A stretch of 64,000 nt of DNA from Candidatus Omnitrophota bacterium. Its GTDB lineage: Bacteria; Omnitrophota; Gorgyraeia; Zapsychrales; Fredricksoniimonadaceae. The notes below the pieces were generated by a model that was not told the DNA's origin, searched no databases, and saw nothing but the letters and a program-made list of their open reading frames with translations. Numbering within the stretch: the stretch's first letter is position 1; each line of letters starts with the position of its first letter. The DNA lies in NCBI GenBank assembly GCA_037131245.1, contig JBAXRK010000008.1:20474-84473 (forward strand). The letters run 5' to 3'. Made by a program: the position numbers and the translations under genes. Positions 1 to 9,933 of the stretch are shown here, in pieces.

Positions 1-204
1 GTCTTCGTCGTTCACACCGTAATTGCCAATAAGGGGATAGGTCATCACCACGATCTGGCCGGCATAGGAGGGGTCGGTGAGGACTTCCTGGTAACCGGAA
101 AGCGCGGTATTAAAAACAACTTCACCGGCCGATTCTCCGTGAATATTAAGAGAGCGTCCGGTAAAACACGTGCCGTCTTCGAGGTAAAGGACTGCTGCTT
201 TCAT
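1..204 (-). CDS. carA: carbamoyl-phosphate synthase small subunit, N-terminal part only (gene runs off the window start)
   Basis: Own translation from ATG at 204-202: [68 protein letters not shown]. This is the classic CarA N-terminal pattern (GYQE..TDPSY.GQI..TYP.IGNYG). Confidence 0.8.
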   Translation of the reverse strand, partial: MKAAVLYLEDGTCFTGRSLNIHGESAGEVVFNTALSGYQEVLTDPSYAGQIVVMTYPLIGNYGVNDED

Positions 205-258
205 TACAACGATTCTTTATGGAATTAATGACGGGAAAAGCCTTAAAAAGTCTGCCTT

Positions 259-286
259 ACTATAACATTCTTTATATATATGTCAA
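259..286 (-). promoter_or_regulatory. candidate sigma70-type promoter upstream of carA
   Basis: Minus-sense TTGACA (286-281), 16-nt spacer, TATAGT (264-259), about 55 nt upstream of the carA ATG. It is bracketed by the inverted repeat CTGCCTT (252-258) / AAGGCAG (285-291). Confidence 0.4.
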
Positions 287-319
287 GGCAGGGGGAATTA
301 ATCCAAAGGCCGCCCTTAT

Positions 320-736
320 TTAACTATACCGGTGCTCCGATGACAGCTTACTCACATAGTCTAAGATCAGCTTGATCATGTCCCGCCGGCTGATAACACC
401 AACCAGTTTTCCGTCCTTGATGATCGGCACACGGCGCACATTGCTTTTGATAAAAAACCGGCAGATTTCGGCCGCGTCCGCGTCCGGCGGAAAGCTGATG
501 ACATCGCGCGACATGTAGGTCGCCACGGTATCCTTAACGGCAAAGTCCTTCTTCACCAGGATCTCGAGAACGTCTTTCTCAGTCAGGATCCCTTTAAGAT
601 GCCCCTCATCGTCCACCACTGGCATGCCACTGATCGCGTGCTCAACGAGCAACTCCATCGCCTCAAAGATCGGCATATCGGGTTTGACGGAAATAACCTG
701 TTTCGAAATAACGCCATCAATGGGAATAATAGCCAT
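320..736 (-). CDS. CBS domain pair protein
   Basis: 138-aa ORF with two CBS-like units (VISVKPDMPIFEAMELLVEHAISGMPVVDDEGHLKGILTEKDVL; MSRDVISFPPDADAAEICRFFIKSNVRRVPIIKDGKLVGVISRRDMI). Confidence 0.85.
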   Translation of the reverse strand: MAIIPIDGVISKQVISVKPDMPIFEAMELLVEHAISGMPVVDDEGHLKGILTEKDVLEILVKKDFAVKDTVATYMSRDVISFPPDADAAEICRFFIKSNVRRVPIIKDGKLVGVISRRDMIKLILDYVSKLSSEHRYS

Positions 737-748
737 AAGATGTTCCTT

Positions 749-3280
749 TCATTTGCCTTGAATACGACGCTTGTTCGCCCAAAAATTGGCATCGCCCAGG
801 ATCTGGCGGGCCAGTTCATCCTTGTTATGACCATTATCAAAATCATAATCCACGATCGCCGCGTAACTCAGCAAATTACCGAACGGGGACTTGAGCATAT
901 CCGGGTTATTGGTGGTCAGCGCGTCGATCTTACCCACATATTCGCCCGGTGAATGGGCGATCACAATGCCGTTCTTGCGGAAACGGTCGATGAATTCCGA
1001 AACCGTCAGGAGCTTGATCTCCCGGTCGATGATCTGCGCCCACGGACGGGCACTTTTATCGAGAGCGCTCCACAACTCCTGCATGCCGATAGTCGTTTCC
1101 GCCACTGCCGCGGCCGCGGCGGCTGAAGCCGTTGCCGGATCCGGAACGTCTCCCTGCGCCGTCCTGGCCGCTAAAACTTCCTGGGCGGCCGACTGGCCCA
1201 AACGCCGGCGGACATCCTGCTGATAAGCGGCATTAAGCTCCGCGCGCTGCTTCATGACCGTGGCATTCTGCACCGCCGCATGGGCCAACAACTGTTGCTC
1301 CGTTGCCTGCTGGGCAACCTGGGCCGCCTGGGCTTGCATCATCGCGTTGCGTTTGGCGGCATATTCGGCGTACTGCTTGATGTCACCGTTAAGTTTCGCC
1401 TGGGCCTGGGCCTCCTGATACGCTTTGACTTCCTGCTGCTGCTTATACGCCACCATCGCCGCTACATTATTGGTCATGACCGCCTGCTGATACCGGGCGG
1501 CCTGCTGAGCCTGCTGCTGTTGCACAGCGGAAACAACCTGGACCGCCTGCTGCTCTTGCGCCTGCTTTTGGGCCAGCGCCTGTTCCATCGCCTGCTTCTG
1601 CGCGGCATATTCCGCCGCCGCCTGCTGAGCCGCCGCCTGCTGGGCCTGACGTTGCGCCATCGCCTGCTGATAAGCCGCCACCTGCTGGGCTTGTTGCTGC
1701 TGGGCCATCATCTGGGCTTGTTGCTGCTGCATCATCTGCTGCTGATACTGCGCTGCCGCCTGGGCCTGCATCTGTTTCTGCTGCTGGACCCGGCGCTGCA
1801 CCGCGGCGGCGGCCTGCGCGTCGGAAGGCAGCAAAAGCATCAATAATAGGGGAAACAACAATAGGGGACAGAGCCGCATGAGAACGATTATAACAAACCC
1901 CACGCATAACCAGGCAAAAAGATCACCAAAACGCGTATACCAGGTCTGCCCGCGGACTGGATAAGCTTCGGCCACCAGCCAACCCGGCGACTGACGAGGC
2001 AAGGACCGGATGATCCGGCCATTAGGGTCGATCAGGACGCTCCAGCCGGTATTGGCCGCCCGTACCAGTGGCCTTCCAGTCTCCACCGCCCGAAAAACCG
2101 CCAACCCGGCATGTTGGCTCAGCGCTTCTGCATGACTGAACCAACCATCGTTAAGCGCGCTGATCAAGACCCCCGCGTCCTGCGCCGCCAGGTCACGGTA
2201 AAGCGCAGGATACGCCTCCTCCGAACAGATCGCTACCCCGACGTTAACATTCAGGTTGCCCAGCCGCACCAATCCACGTCGCCGGCCCGCTATAAAGCGG
2301 TGGCTGTTGATCCCCGACGCATGCACCAGCCACCGTGAAACCGGGTCTGCCGGTAAGAACTCGCTCCACGGGACCAGATGCCGCTTCAGATAAATATCCT
2401 TCCACCGCCCTGACGGATCCAAAAAAAGCAGCGCGTTAAGATCGTGACCGTCTTGCGTCAATAAGGCCGAGCCGAAAATGACCCAGCCCCCCAGCCTTCT
2501 GGCAGCCGACTCCATGTTCGCCTTCCAAAAAGGATCGCGCAACACGTCATCAGGAAAAGCAGTCTCGGGCCAGATGACCAGATCCAGGCCCGCCGTACCA
2601 GCCTCTACCACCGCCCGCTGGCTAAGGCGTAAATGCGCGGTAATATTTTCGTTGAATTGCGCGGGATCGTCCTTGCCGGTGTGGGAAATATCCGGCTGTA
2701 TCAAGCCGATGCGGACCGGACGACCGTCCTGGTGCTGGCCGGCCCCCATCGCTACGGCGCCCGCGAGCCATACCAGGACAGGAATCAAAAGGATCCCGAA
2801 AAAAACCGGATCGCGAAGAACGCCAACCCCCCGATCCCGGATACGGCGATAACACGCGACGGAAAAGAACATCATCAGCCAACCCACCGCGTACACGCCG
2901 CCGAAACGGGCAGACTGGATCATTTCCGGCGCCATGGACTGGGACATCCCCAGCCCCCAGGTAAATCCTCCCAACATCATATTGCGCGCGTACTCACTAA
3001 AGACCCAGGCAGCGGGAATATAGAACAAAGCGATCACGCCGGACCGGACTGACCGCGGGCTGAGTACGCCGAAGAACAATCCCTGCATCGCCAAGGCCAT
3101 CACAAATAAACAAAAACCAACCGGTGACACCGGACAGAGCCACCACAAAAGCGCGCCGTGAACCAGCAAACCCCAGCTAAAACCCGCCAGGATCCGCGCC
3201 GGCCACGACCTGCCGTCCATTAAAAACAAAAGGGGGATGGCCATCAGCCACCCCCCTGGAAAAAGATCGTTCATCCCCAC
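749..3280 (-). CDS. lnt: apolipoprotein N-acyltransferase (Lnt) fused in frame to a Q/A-rich region and an unassigned C-terminal globular domain
   Basis: Polytopic N-terminus plus a CN-hydrolase domain with candidate E/K/C triad residues (VIWPETAFP, YLKRHLVPWSEF, GVAICSEEAYP). There is no stop after the last Lnt helix, and the ORF continues 376 aa further. The start is GTG at 3280 or ATG at 3274. Confidence 0.7.
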   Translation of the reverse strand: MGMNDLFPGGWLMAIPLLFLMDGRSWPARILAGFSWGLLVHGALLWWLCPVSPVGFCLFVMALAMQGLFFGVLSPRSVRSGVIALFYIPAAWVFSEYARNMMLGGFTWGLGMSQSMAPEMIQSARFGGVYAVGWLMMFFSVACYRRIRDRGVGVLRDPVFFGILLIPVLVWLAGAVAMGAGQHQDGRPVRIGLIQPDISHTGKDDPAQFNENITAHLRLSQRAVVEAGTAGLDLVIWPETAFPDDVLRDPFWKANMESAARRLGGWVIFGSALLTQDGHDLNALLFLDPSGRWKDIYLKRHLVPWSEFLPADPVSRWLVHASGINSHRFIAGRRRGLVRLGNLNVNVGVAICSEEAYPALYRDLAAQDAGVLISALNDGWFSHAEALSQHAGLAVFRAVETGRPLVRAANTGWSVLIDPNGRIIRSLPRQSPGWLVAEAYPVRGQTWYTRFGDLFAWLCVGFVIIVLMRLCPLLLFPLLLMLLLPSDAQAAAAVQRRVQQQKQMQAQAAAQYQQQMMQQQQAQMMAQQQQAQQVAAYQQAMAQRQAQQAAAQQAAAEYAAQKQAMEQALAQKQAQEQQAVQVVSAVQQQQAQQAARYQQAVMTNNVAAMVAYKQQQEVKAYQEAQAQAKLNGDIKQYAEYAAKRNAMMQAQAAQVAQQATEQQLLAHAAVQNATVMKQRAELNAAYQQDVRRRLGQSAAQEVLAARTAQGDVPDPATASAAAAAAVAETTIGMQELWSALDKSARPWAQIIDREIKLLTVSEFIDRFRKNGIVIAHSPGEYVGKIDALTTNNPDMLKSPFGNLLSYAAIVDYDFDNGHNKDELARQILGDANFWANKRRIQGK
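1290..1810. repeat. low-complexity CAG/GCN-rich coding repeat (Q/A-rich protein segment)
   Basis: Visible ctgctg/gcctg(g/c) runs on the plus strand. They encode QQQ/AQA/AAQ tracts in the lnt ORF and generate long spurious ORFs in the other frames (1280..1846 +, 1467..1907 -). Confidence 0.8.
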
Positions 3281-3292
3281 GGCCGCGCCCGT

Positions 3293-3871
3293 TTACTTCT
3301 CCCCGGGAACTTGAGGCGCGTCAGGATCAACCACCACCGGGATCGGCGCCAGTGCTTTGGACGCGTCCTTGGCCGCGTTCGCCGTCGCCGCGTCTTCCGA
3401 TTGCTGCTTGGCCGTCTGAACCAGCGCCGCCAGCAGGATCGCCGAGCGCTTCACGCCATCCTGGTCTCCCTTGGCATTAAAGATCTCAACACTGCGCCGG
3501 GCCGCCACGATCGCCGGCAGGGCCTGATCGCCACCGTCATAAGCCACCGCCAGCAGGTAGTAAGCCAACCCGTTCTCGGGGAACTGACGTACCGCCGTCG
3601 ACAGGACAGAAACGGCCTGCGGATACTGCTTCAGGTGAACGAAAGTCTCGCTCAGCATGAAATACCCTTCAAAATCATCCGGCGCCACCTTGATCGCCCC
3701 GGCAAAACTGCCAACCGCGTTCTTGATATCGCCCTGCTTAAGGTAGACCGTTCCCTCGACCACCAGCTTGCGGGCCGCTGACAAACCTTTAGAGACCGCC
3801 GCTGTTTCCTTCTTCGCGCAACCCGCCAGCAATAGCCCGGCGATCAAGATCAATGCCATCGACTTTTTCAT
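3293..3871 (-). CDS. TPR-repeat lipoprotein
   Basis: Signal peptide with lipobox (LLLAGC). TPR-like repeats follow (GDIKNAVGSFAGAIKVAPDDFEGYFMLSETFVHLKQYPQAVSVLSTAVRQFPENGLAYYLLAVAY). ATGA overlap with the gltD stop at 3868-3871. Confidence 0.7.
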   Translation of the reverse strand: MKKSMALILIAGLLLAGCAKKETAAVSKGLSAARKLVVEGTVYLKQGDIKNAVGSFAGAIKVAPDDFEGYFMLSETFVHLKQYPQAVSVLSTAVRQFPENGLAYYLLAVAYDGGDQALPAIVAARRSVEIFNAKGDQDGVKRSAILLAALVQTAKQQSEDAATANAAKDASKALAPIPVVVDPDAPQVPGEK

Positions 3872-5313
3872 ACCACACCTCGTTTGCTTGTTAAAAGATA
3901 CTGATGAACACCTTCCGCCGCCGCTCGCCCCTCGTTGATGGCCCAGACGACCAGGGACTGGCCGCGGGTCATATCACCCGCCGTAAAAACACCAGGGACC
4001 GACGTCATTTTATTGGCATCGGCTTTCACGTTACCGCGGGGATCAAGCTCAACGCCGATCTTTTCCAGAAGGCCGCCCTTGACCGGGCCCAGGAACCCCA
4101 GCGCCAGAAAAACCAGGTCACATTCGATCTCGAACGCTGAATCCGGAACTTCTTTCATTGCCGGACGGCCATTAGCATCCTTGCCCGACCAGTCCAGGCG
4201 CACACCGTGCAATTTTTTAAGGTTGCCCTGCTCATCGCCGGAGAACTTTTTGGTCAGGATATTGTAATCGCGCGCGCAACCTTCCTCATGCGACGTTGAC
4301 GTGCGCATAATGAACGCCCAATGCGGCCAGGGATTATCGCCGGCCCGCGCCACCGGCGGCTTGGGCAAAAGCTCGAACTGCTGGACAGAAGAAGCCCCCA
4401 GACGATTGGACGTCCCCACGCAATCGGATCCCGTATCACCGCCGCCAAGAACAACCACTTTTTTCCCCTTCACATCAATAAGGCCTTTCGCGTCAACTTT
4501 CGTCCCCATGACCAAACGGGTCTTCTGCGTCAGGTACTGCATGGCAAAATGAACGCCCTTAAGCTCCCGGCCGGGAATCGGGATATCGCGCGGTAATTCA
4601 GCCCCGCCGCAAAGGACGACCGCCTCATACTGGCGGCGCAACTCGTTGGGATCAATATCGGCGCCCACATTAACGCCCGTCTTGATCACAACCCCTTCCT
4701 GTTCCATCCGCTGGACCCGGCGTGCCACGACGCTTTTTTCCAGCTTGAAGTTCGGGATGCCCAGCGTCAGCAACCCGCCGACCGCTTCATTCTTCTCGTA
4801 AACCGTGACCTTGTGGCCTTTTTTATTAAGCTGATCGGCACACGCCAGGCCCGCCGGCCCGCCACCGATGACGGCCACCTTCATGCCCGTCCGTGACAGG
4901 GGCGGCTCAGCCTTGATCCAACCTTCCTGATAGCCGCGATCGATGATCGCGAGCTCTATATTCTTGATGGTAACCGCCGGGTTATTGATCGCCAGCGTAC
5001 AAGAGTTTTCACACGGCGCCGGACAAACACGGCCGGTGAACTCAGGAAAATTATTGGTTTTATGCAACCGGTCCAACGCCTCTTTCCACAGCCCCTTGTT
5101 CACCAAGTCGTTCCAGGAGGGAATGATATTCCCGATAGGGCAACCCCACTGGCAAAAAGGAACGCCGCAATCCATACAGCGGCCGCCCTGATCCCTCAAG
5201 CTTTTCTCATCGGGAAGCTTGATGAACTCGTTCCAGTGCTTGAGCCTCTCACTGACAGGCTCTTTGGAATACTCTTCGCGCTTGTACTTAAGGAATCCTT
5301 TAACTTCGCCCAT
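3868..5313 (-). CDS. gltD: glutamate synthase (NADPH) small subunit
   Basis: Fe-S cysteine cluster (CMDCGVPFCQWGCPIGNIIPSWNDLV), dinucleotide-binding motif VAVIGGGPAGLACA, and position directly after gltB. Confidence 0.9.
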   Translation of the reverse strand: MGEVKGFLKYKREEYSKEPVSERLKHWNEFIKLPDEKSLRDQGGRCMDCGVPFCQWGCPIGNIIPSWNDLVNKGLWKEALDRLHKTNNFPEFTGRVCPAPCENSCTLAINNPAVTIKNIELAIIDRGYQEGWIKAEPPLSRTGMKVAVIGGGPAGLACADQLNKKGHKVTVYEKNEAVGGLLTLGIPNFKLEKSVVARRVQRMEQEGVVIKTGVNVGADIDPNELRRQYEAVVLCGGAELPRDIPIPGRELKGVHFAMQYLTQKTRLVMGTKVDAKGLIDVKGKKVVVLGGGDTGSDCVGTSNRLGASSVQQFELLPKPPVARAGDNPWPHWAFIMRTSTSHEEGCARDYNILTKKFSGDEQGNLKKLHGVRLDWSGKDANGRPAMKEVPDSAFEIECDLVFLALGFLGPVKGGLLEKIGVELDPRGNVKADANKMTSVPGVFTAGDMTRGQSLVVWAINEGRAAAEGVHQYLLTSKRGVV

Positions 5314-5326
5314 GATCTTGTGTCCT

Positions 5327-8300
5327 TTATGCCTTGGCCGCCGCCATGCCGGCAGCCGCCTCTTGAGCTTTCTCTACGGCCCGGCGGAAATCGCTGGGAT
5401 AAACTTTCACGAACTTCGGCAGGACTGCCTCCCAACGCTCCAGGATGCCCCTGGCAACCGTGCTGCCCGTGTACTGCATATGGCGCTCGATCATCCCCTT
5501 AAGCTCAGCCTGATCGGCCGCCGCCGTCACCGGGAACAGCTCGACCATACCCATATTACAGCGGCTGGCGAACTTGCCGTCGCCATCAAACACATAAGCG
5601 ATCCCGCCGGACATGCCCGCCGCGAAATTACGCCCCGTGCCGCCAAGGATCACCACCCGGCCGCCGGTCATATATTCACACCCGTGATCGCCCACGCCTT
5701 CGACGACCGCCTGCCCTCCGGAGTTGCGCACGCAAAAACGCTCACCGGCGATCCCGCGGAAATACGCCTCGCCGCAGATCGCCCCGTAAAGAACAACATT
5801 GCCGATTAGAATATTCTCTTCCGCCACCAGCGATGCCTTCCGCGACGGATAGACAATGATGCGCCCGCCGGAAAGCCCTTTGCCCACGTAATCGTTGGCG
5901 TCGCCTTCGAGTTGAAACGTTACGCCCCGGGACAGGAACGCGCCGAAACTCTGGCCGCCCGACCCCGTAAAATCAATATGGATCGTCCCCTCGGGCAAGC
6001 CCGCCATCCCGTAACGTCGCGCGATGGTCGAACTGAGCATCGTCCCGACGGTGCGGTTGACATTCTTCACCTCGGCCGGGAACCTGACGGGCACTTTGGT
6101 CTCGATCGCCGCCTGGCATTTGGCGATCAATTCATTATCCAGCGCTTTTTCCAGGCCATGCTCCTGCTTGAGGCAGTGGTGGATAGGTATCTTTTTTGAC
6201 ACATCCGCCCGGTGCAGGATATTGGAAAGGTCGATGCCTTTTAGTTTCCAGTGGTTGATAACATCCTTGGGCTCCAGCATGTCAACGCGGCCGACCATAT
6301 CCTCGAATTTCCGGAAACCCAGTTCGGCCATGATCTCGCGGATCTCCTCGGCCAGGAAGGTGAAAAAACTCACCACGTATTCCGGCTTGCCGGCAAAATT
6401 AGCGCGCAACAAAGGGTCTTGCGTCGCGATGCCCACGGAACAGGCGTCAAGATGGCACTTGCGCAGCATGATACAGCCCAGCGTGACCAGCGCGATCGTG
6501 GAGAAACCGAACTCATCGGCTCCCAGCATCGCGGTAATGATCACGTCTCGTCCGGTCTTCAGCTGCCCGTCGGCCTGCACGCGGATGCGCCCGCGCAAGT
6601 CGTTCATCACCAGCACCTGCTGGGTTTCGGCCAGGCCGAGCTCCATCGGCAAGCCGGCATGCTTGATGGACGTTTGCGGTGACGCGCCGGTGCCGCCGTC
6701 GTAGCCGGAAATTAACACATGGTCGGACTTGCCCTTGGAAACGCCCGCCGCGATCGTCCCGACACCAACCTCGGATACCAGCTTCACGCTGACATCGGCC
6801 TGCGGGTTGGCGTTCTTAAGGTCATGGATAAGCTGCGCCAGGTCCTCGATGGAATAAATATCGTGATGCGGCGGCGGCGAGATCAGCTGCACACCCGGCG
6901 TTGTGCCGCGCGTGCCGGCGATCTCTTTCGTCACCTTATGGCCGGGCAGCTGGCCGCCCTCGCCGGGCTTGGCCCCCTGCGCCATCTTGATCTGCATCTG
7001 GTCGGAATTGACCAGGTATTCAATATTGACGCCGAAACGCCCCTGCGCCACCTGCTTGATACGGCTGCGGCGCCGGTCGCCGTTGGCATCCGGCTTGAAA
7101 CGCGCCGGGTCTTCCCCGCCCTCGCCGGTATTGGAAAAACCGCCCAGGCGGTTCATGGCAATAGCCAGCGTTTCATGCGCTTCTTTCGAAATAGACCCGT
7201 AACTCATCGCGCCGGTCGCGAACCGTTTAACGATCTCCATCGCCGGCTCAACCTCACTGAGGGGAACCGGATGGCCTTTCTTGAACTGCATAAGGCCGCG
7301 GATGTTCGGGATATTACGGTCGGCTTCATTGACCGTCTTGGTGAATTTCTTGAATAGCTGATAATCGTTCGCGCGCACCGCCTGCTGCAAGGTCGCGATG
7401 ACCTCAGGATTGATCTGGTGGAATTCACCGTCCTTGCGCCAATGGTACCAGCCGCCTTCATCCAACAGCTTCTCCTCGGGGCCGGATTCGGGATACGCCT
7501 GGGCATGGCGGCGCAGGGCCTCTTCCGCGACCATCGCGATCTCGATGCCGCCGATGCGTGAGGGCGTGGCCGTAAAATATTTTTCCACCAGCCCTTCGCC
7601 CAGACCGACCGCCTCAAAGATCTGCGCGCCGCAATACGACTGAATGGTCGAAATACCCATCTTGGAAATGATCTTGAACAGCCCCTTGCGCGTGGACTTA
7701 ATGTAATTTTTCTGCGCGTGATACATATCCGGATCCGGCAGCTTGAAATGCCCGGCATTCACTTCATGCTCGATGGTCTCAAAAGCCAAATAGGGATTGA
7801 TGGCGTTCGCGCCGTAACCGATCAGCACGGCGAAATGATGCATCTCGCGCGCTTCGCCGGTCTCAAGCACAATGGACACTTTTGTGCGCGCGCCTTTGCG
7901 GATCAAATGATGATGCAACCCGGCGCAAGCCAGAAGCGATGGGATCGCCACATTCTTCGCGCTCATTTCCCGGTCGGATAGAACCAGGATATTGACCCCG
8001 TCCTCCATGGCTTTATCCACGCGGGCGCACAGGTCTTCCATCGCTTTAGGCAACCCGGCAGCGCCTTCCGACTTGCGGAAAATGATCGGCAAGGTCGCGG
8101 CCTTAAGGCCCGTCACGTTCACGTGCGCGACCTGCTCAAGCTCTTTATTGGTCAGGATCGGGCGCGCCAAACGCAAGCGGCGAGCATGGTCGGGCGTTTC
8201 CGCCAGCACATTGCCTTCCGAGCCAAGATAAACATTCTCGGCCATCACCACTTCTTCGCGGATCGCGTCGACCGGCGGATTAGTGACCTGGGCGAAAAGC

Positions 8301-9865
8301 TGTTTGAAATAATTGAACAAAAGCTGCGGGCGGTTAGAAAGCACGGCCACCGGATTATCGGCGCCCATGGATCCCGTCGCCTCTTCGCCGTTCTCGACCA
8401 TGGCTTTAAGGACGATCTTAAGGTCTTCCTGCGTATACCCGAACGCGCGCTGGCGCTCCAACAAGGTCTTCTCGTTGAGCCCGGCCACTTTCTTCGGCTC
8501 CGGGAGGTTCTTCAGGTCGACAATATTATCTTTAAGCCACTGGCCATAAGGCTGGCGGCGGGCATAGGTTTCTTTGATCTCTTTATCGTCGATAATACGG
8601 CCGGCCACCGTATCGATGAGGAACATTTTCCCGGGCTGCAAGCGCCCCTTTTTCGCCACCCGCTCGGGCTCGATCGGCAGCACGCCGGTTTCGGAGGCCA
8701 TCACGACCAGGCCGTCCTTGGTGACCGTGTAACGCGACGGACGCAGGCCATTGCGGTCGAGAACCGCGCCGATATAACTGCCGTCGGTGAACGCGATGCA
8801 CGCCGGGCCGTCCCAGGGTTCCATCAACAAGGAATGATATTCATAAAAAGCGCGTTTTTCGTCGCTGATCGCTTCATCGCCCACCCAGGCCTCGGGCACC
8901 ATCATCAGGATGGCATGCGGCAGGGAACGCCCGGCCATCACCAAAAGCTCAAGGGCATTATCGAACGACGCCGAATCGCTGCCGAAGGGGCCGATAACGG
9001 GAGAGATCTTCTTGACGTCATTACCGAACAAGGCGTGCGCCATCTGCGCTTCGCGCGCGCGCATCCAGTTAAGGTTGCCGCGCAGGGTATTGATCTCGCC
9101 GTTATGCGCCACCATGCGGTACGGATGGGCCAGCGACCACGTCGGAAACGTATTCGTGCTGTAACGCGAATGGACCAGCGCGAGCGCCGATACCATATCG
9201 GGGTCGGAAAGATCAGCGAAGAACGGCCCGAGCTGTTCGGCCATGAACTGCCCCTTGTAAACCAGGGTCTTGGCCGAGAGGCTGCACATATAAAAAAAGC
9301 TGCGGTCATGGACAGTGGAAGTATGGACCTTGGTCCAGGTACGCTTACGGATAATATACAATTTGCGCTCGAACTCTTCCGGGCTGGTATTCCCGCCCCG
9401 GGCAATAAACAGCTGGCGCATTTCCGGCTGTACCGAATGCGCGACACGGCCCACGTGACGATTATCATGCGGAATGGCACGCCAACCGAGGAAATGCTGG
9501 CCTTCTTCGGAAATGATCTGCTCCACCCACTCCTCAATGATATTGCGCGACTGAGGCTCCACCGGCAGGAACACATTCCCGCAAGCGTAATCGCCAAACA
9601 CCGGAAGCTCAAACCCTTCCGCCTTGGCCACTTTCCGCATGAACGCGTCTGGCATCTGCAGCAGGATACCCGCGCCATCCCCGGTGAGCGGATCACAGCC
9701 GCACGCGCCGCGATGCGCCAGGTTCTCCAGGATCTTAATGCCCTGAGCGACAATATCGTGGGATTTGCGGCCTTTGATATCGGCGACAAAACCGACACCG
9801 CAGGCATCATGTTCGAATTGCGGGTCGTAAAGGCCCTGCTTGGAAGGATAACCGCCAGCATTCAT
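5327..9865 (-). CDS. gltB: glutamate synthase large subunit
   Basis: 1512 aa. N-terminal Ntn amidotransferase start (HDACGVGFVADIKG), an FMN/synthase core, and a C-terminal GXGXG-type domain. Confidence 0.95.
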   Translation of the reverse strand: MNAGGYPSKQGLYDPQFEHDACGVGFVADIKGRKSHDIVAQGIKILENLAHRGACGCDPLTGDGAGILLQMPDAFMRKVAKAEGFELPVFGDYACGNVFLPVEPQSRNIIEEWVEQIISEEGQHFLGWRAIPHDNRHVGRVAHSVQPEMRQLFIARGGNTSPEEFERKLYIIRKRTWTKVHTSTVHDRSFFYMCSLSAKTLVYKGQFMAEQLGPFFADLSDPDMVSALALVHSRYSTNTFPTWSLAHPYRMVAHNGEINTLRGNLNWMRAREAQMAHALFGNDVKKISPVIGPFGSDSASFDNALELLVMAGRSLPHAILMMVPEAWVGDEAISDEKRAFYEYHSLLMEPWDGPACIAFTDGSYIGAVLDRNGLRPSRYTVTKDGLVVMASETGVLPIEPERVAKKGRLQPGKMFLIDTVAGRIIDDKEIKETYARRQPYGQWLKDNIVDLKNLPEPKKVAGLNEKTLLERQRAFGYTQEDLKIVLKAMVENGEEATGSMGADNPVAVLSNRPQLLFNYFKQLFAQVTNPPVDAIREEVVMAENVYLGSEGNVLAETPDHARRLRLARPILTNKELEQVAHVNVTGLKAATLPIIFRKSEGAAGLPKAMEDLCARVDKAMEDGVNILVLSDREMSAKNVAIPSLLACAGLHHHLIRKGARTKVSIVLETGEAREMHHFAVLIGYGANAINPYLAFETIEHEVNAGHFKLPDPDMYHAQKNYIKSTRKGLFKIISKMGISTIQSYCGAQIFEAVGLGEGLVEKYFTATPSRIGGIEIAMVAEEALRRHAQAYPESGPEEKLLDEGGWYHWRKDGEFHQINPEVIATLQQAVRANDYQLFKKFTKTVNEADRNIPNIRGLMQFKKGHPVPLSEVEPAMEIVKRFATGAMSYGSISKEAHETLAIAMNRLGGFSNTGEGGEDPARFKPDANGDRRRSRIKQVAQGRFGVNIEYLVNSDQMQIKMAQGAKPGEGGQLPGHKVTKEIAGTRGTTPGVQLISPPPHHDIYSIEDLAQLIHDLKNANPQADVSVKLVSEVGVGTIAAGVSKGKSDHVLISGYDGGTGASPQTSIKHAGLPMELGLAETQQVLVMNDLRGRIRVQADGQLKTGRDVIITAMLGADEFGFSTIALVTLGCIMLRKCHLDACSVGIATQDPLLRANFAGKPEYVVSFFTFLAEEIREIMAELGFRKFEDMVGRVDMLEPKDVINHWKLKGIDLSNILHRADVSKKIPIHHCLKQEHGLEKALDNELIAKCQAAIETKVPVRFPAEVKNVNRTVGTMLSSTIARRYGMAGLPEGTIHIDFTGSGGQSFGAFLSRGVTFQLEGDANDYVGKGLSGGRIIVYPSRKASLVAEENILIGNVVLYGAICGEAYFRGIAGERFCVRNSGGQAVVEGVGDHGCEYMTGGRVVILGGTGRNFAAGMSGGIAYVFDGDGKFASRCNMGMVELFPVTAAADQAELKGMIERHMQYTGSTVARGILERWEAVLPKFVKVYPSDFRRAVEKAQEAAAGMAAAKA

Positions 9866-9933
9866 GGGAGAAACTCCAAAAAATTAAGGATTCACGTACG
9901 TATAAATAAATATTATAAGCGGTAAAGGGGTGT

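Noticed and set aside
749-1879. Treating the region after Met468 (MRLCPLLLFPLLLMLLLPSDAQA, which looks like a signal peptide) as an independent secreted-protein gene.
   Set aside because: It is in the same frame as lnt with no intervening stop, and I see no Shine-Dalgarno upstream of 1879. I therefore report it as a fusion and flag the alternative for checking.
1280-1907. ORFs 1280..1846 (+) and 1467..1907 (-), which overlap the Q/A-rich part of the lnt ORF.
   Set aside because: They are alternative-frame or alternative-strand readings of the CAG/GCN repeat. They give L/R-rich and G/A/P-rich nonsense, with no start signals.
8123-9925. 600-aa plus-strand ORF, and similar long ORFs antisense to strong genes (15466..17298, 10110..11360, 57058..57996, 58081..59325, 61882..62802, 51870..52832, 50113..50913).
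   Set aside because: Each lies fully antisense to a gene with unmistakable family motifs (gltB, glnN, cpaF, glgP, glgB and others). Their translations are R/H/L/G-rich with no recognisable motifs. They are typical shadow ORFs of GC-rich coding sequence.
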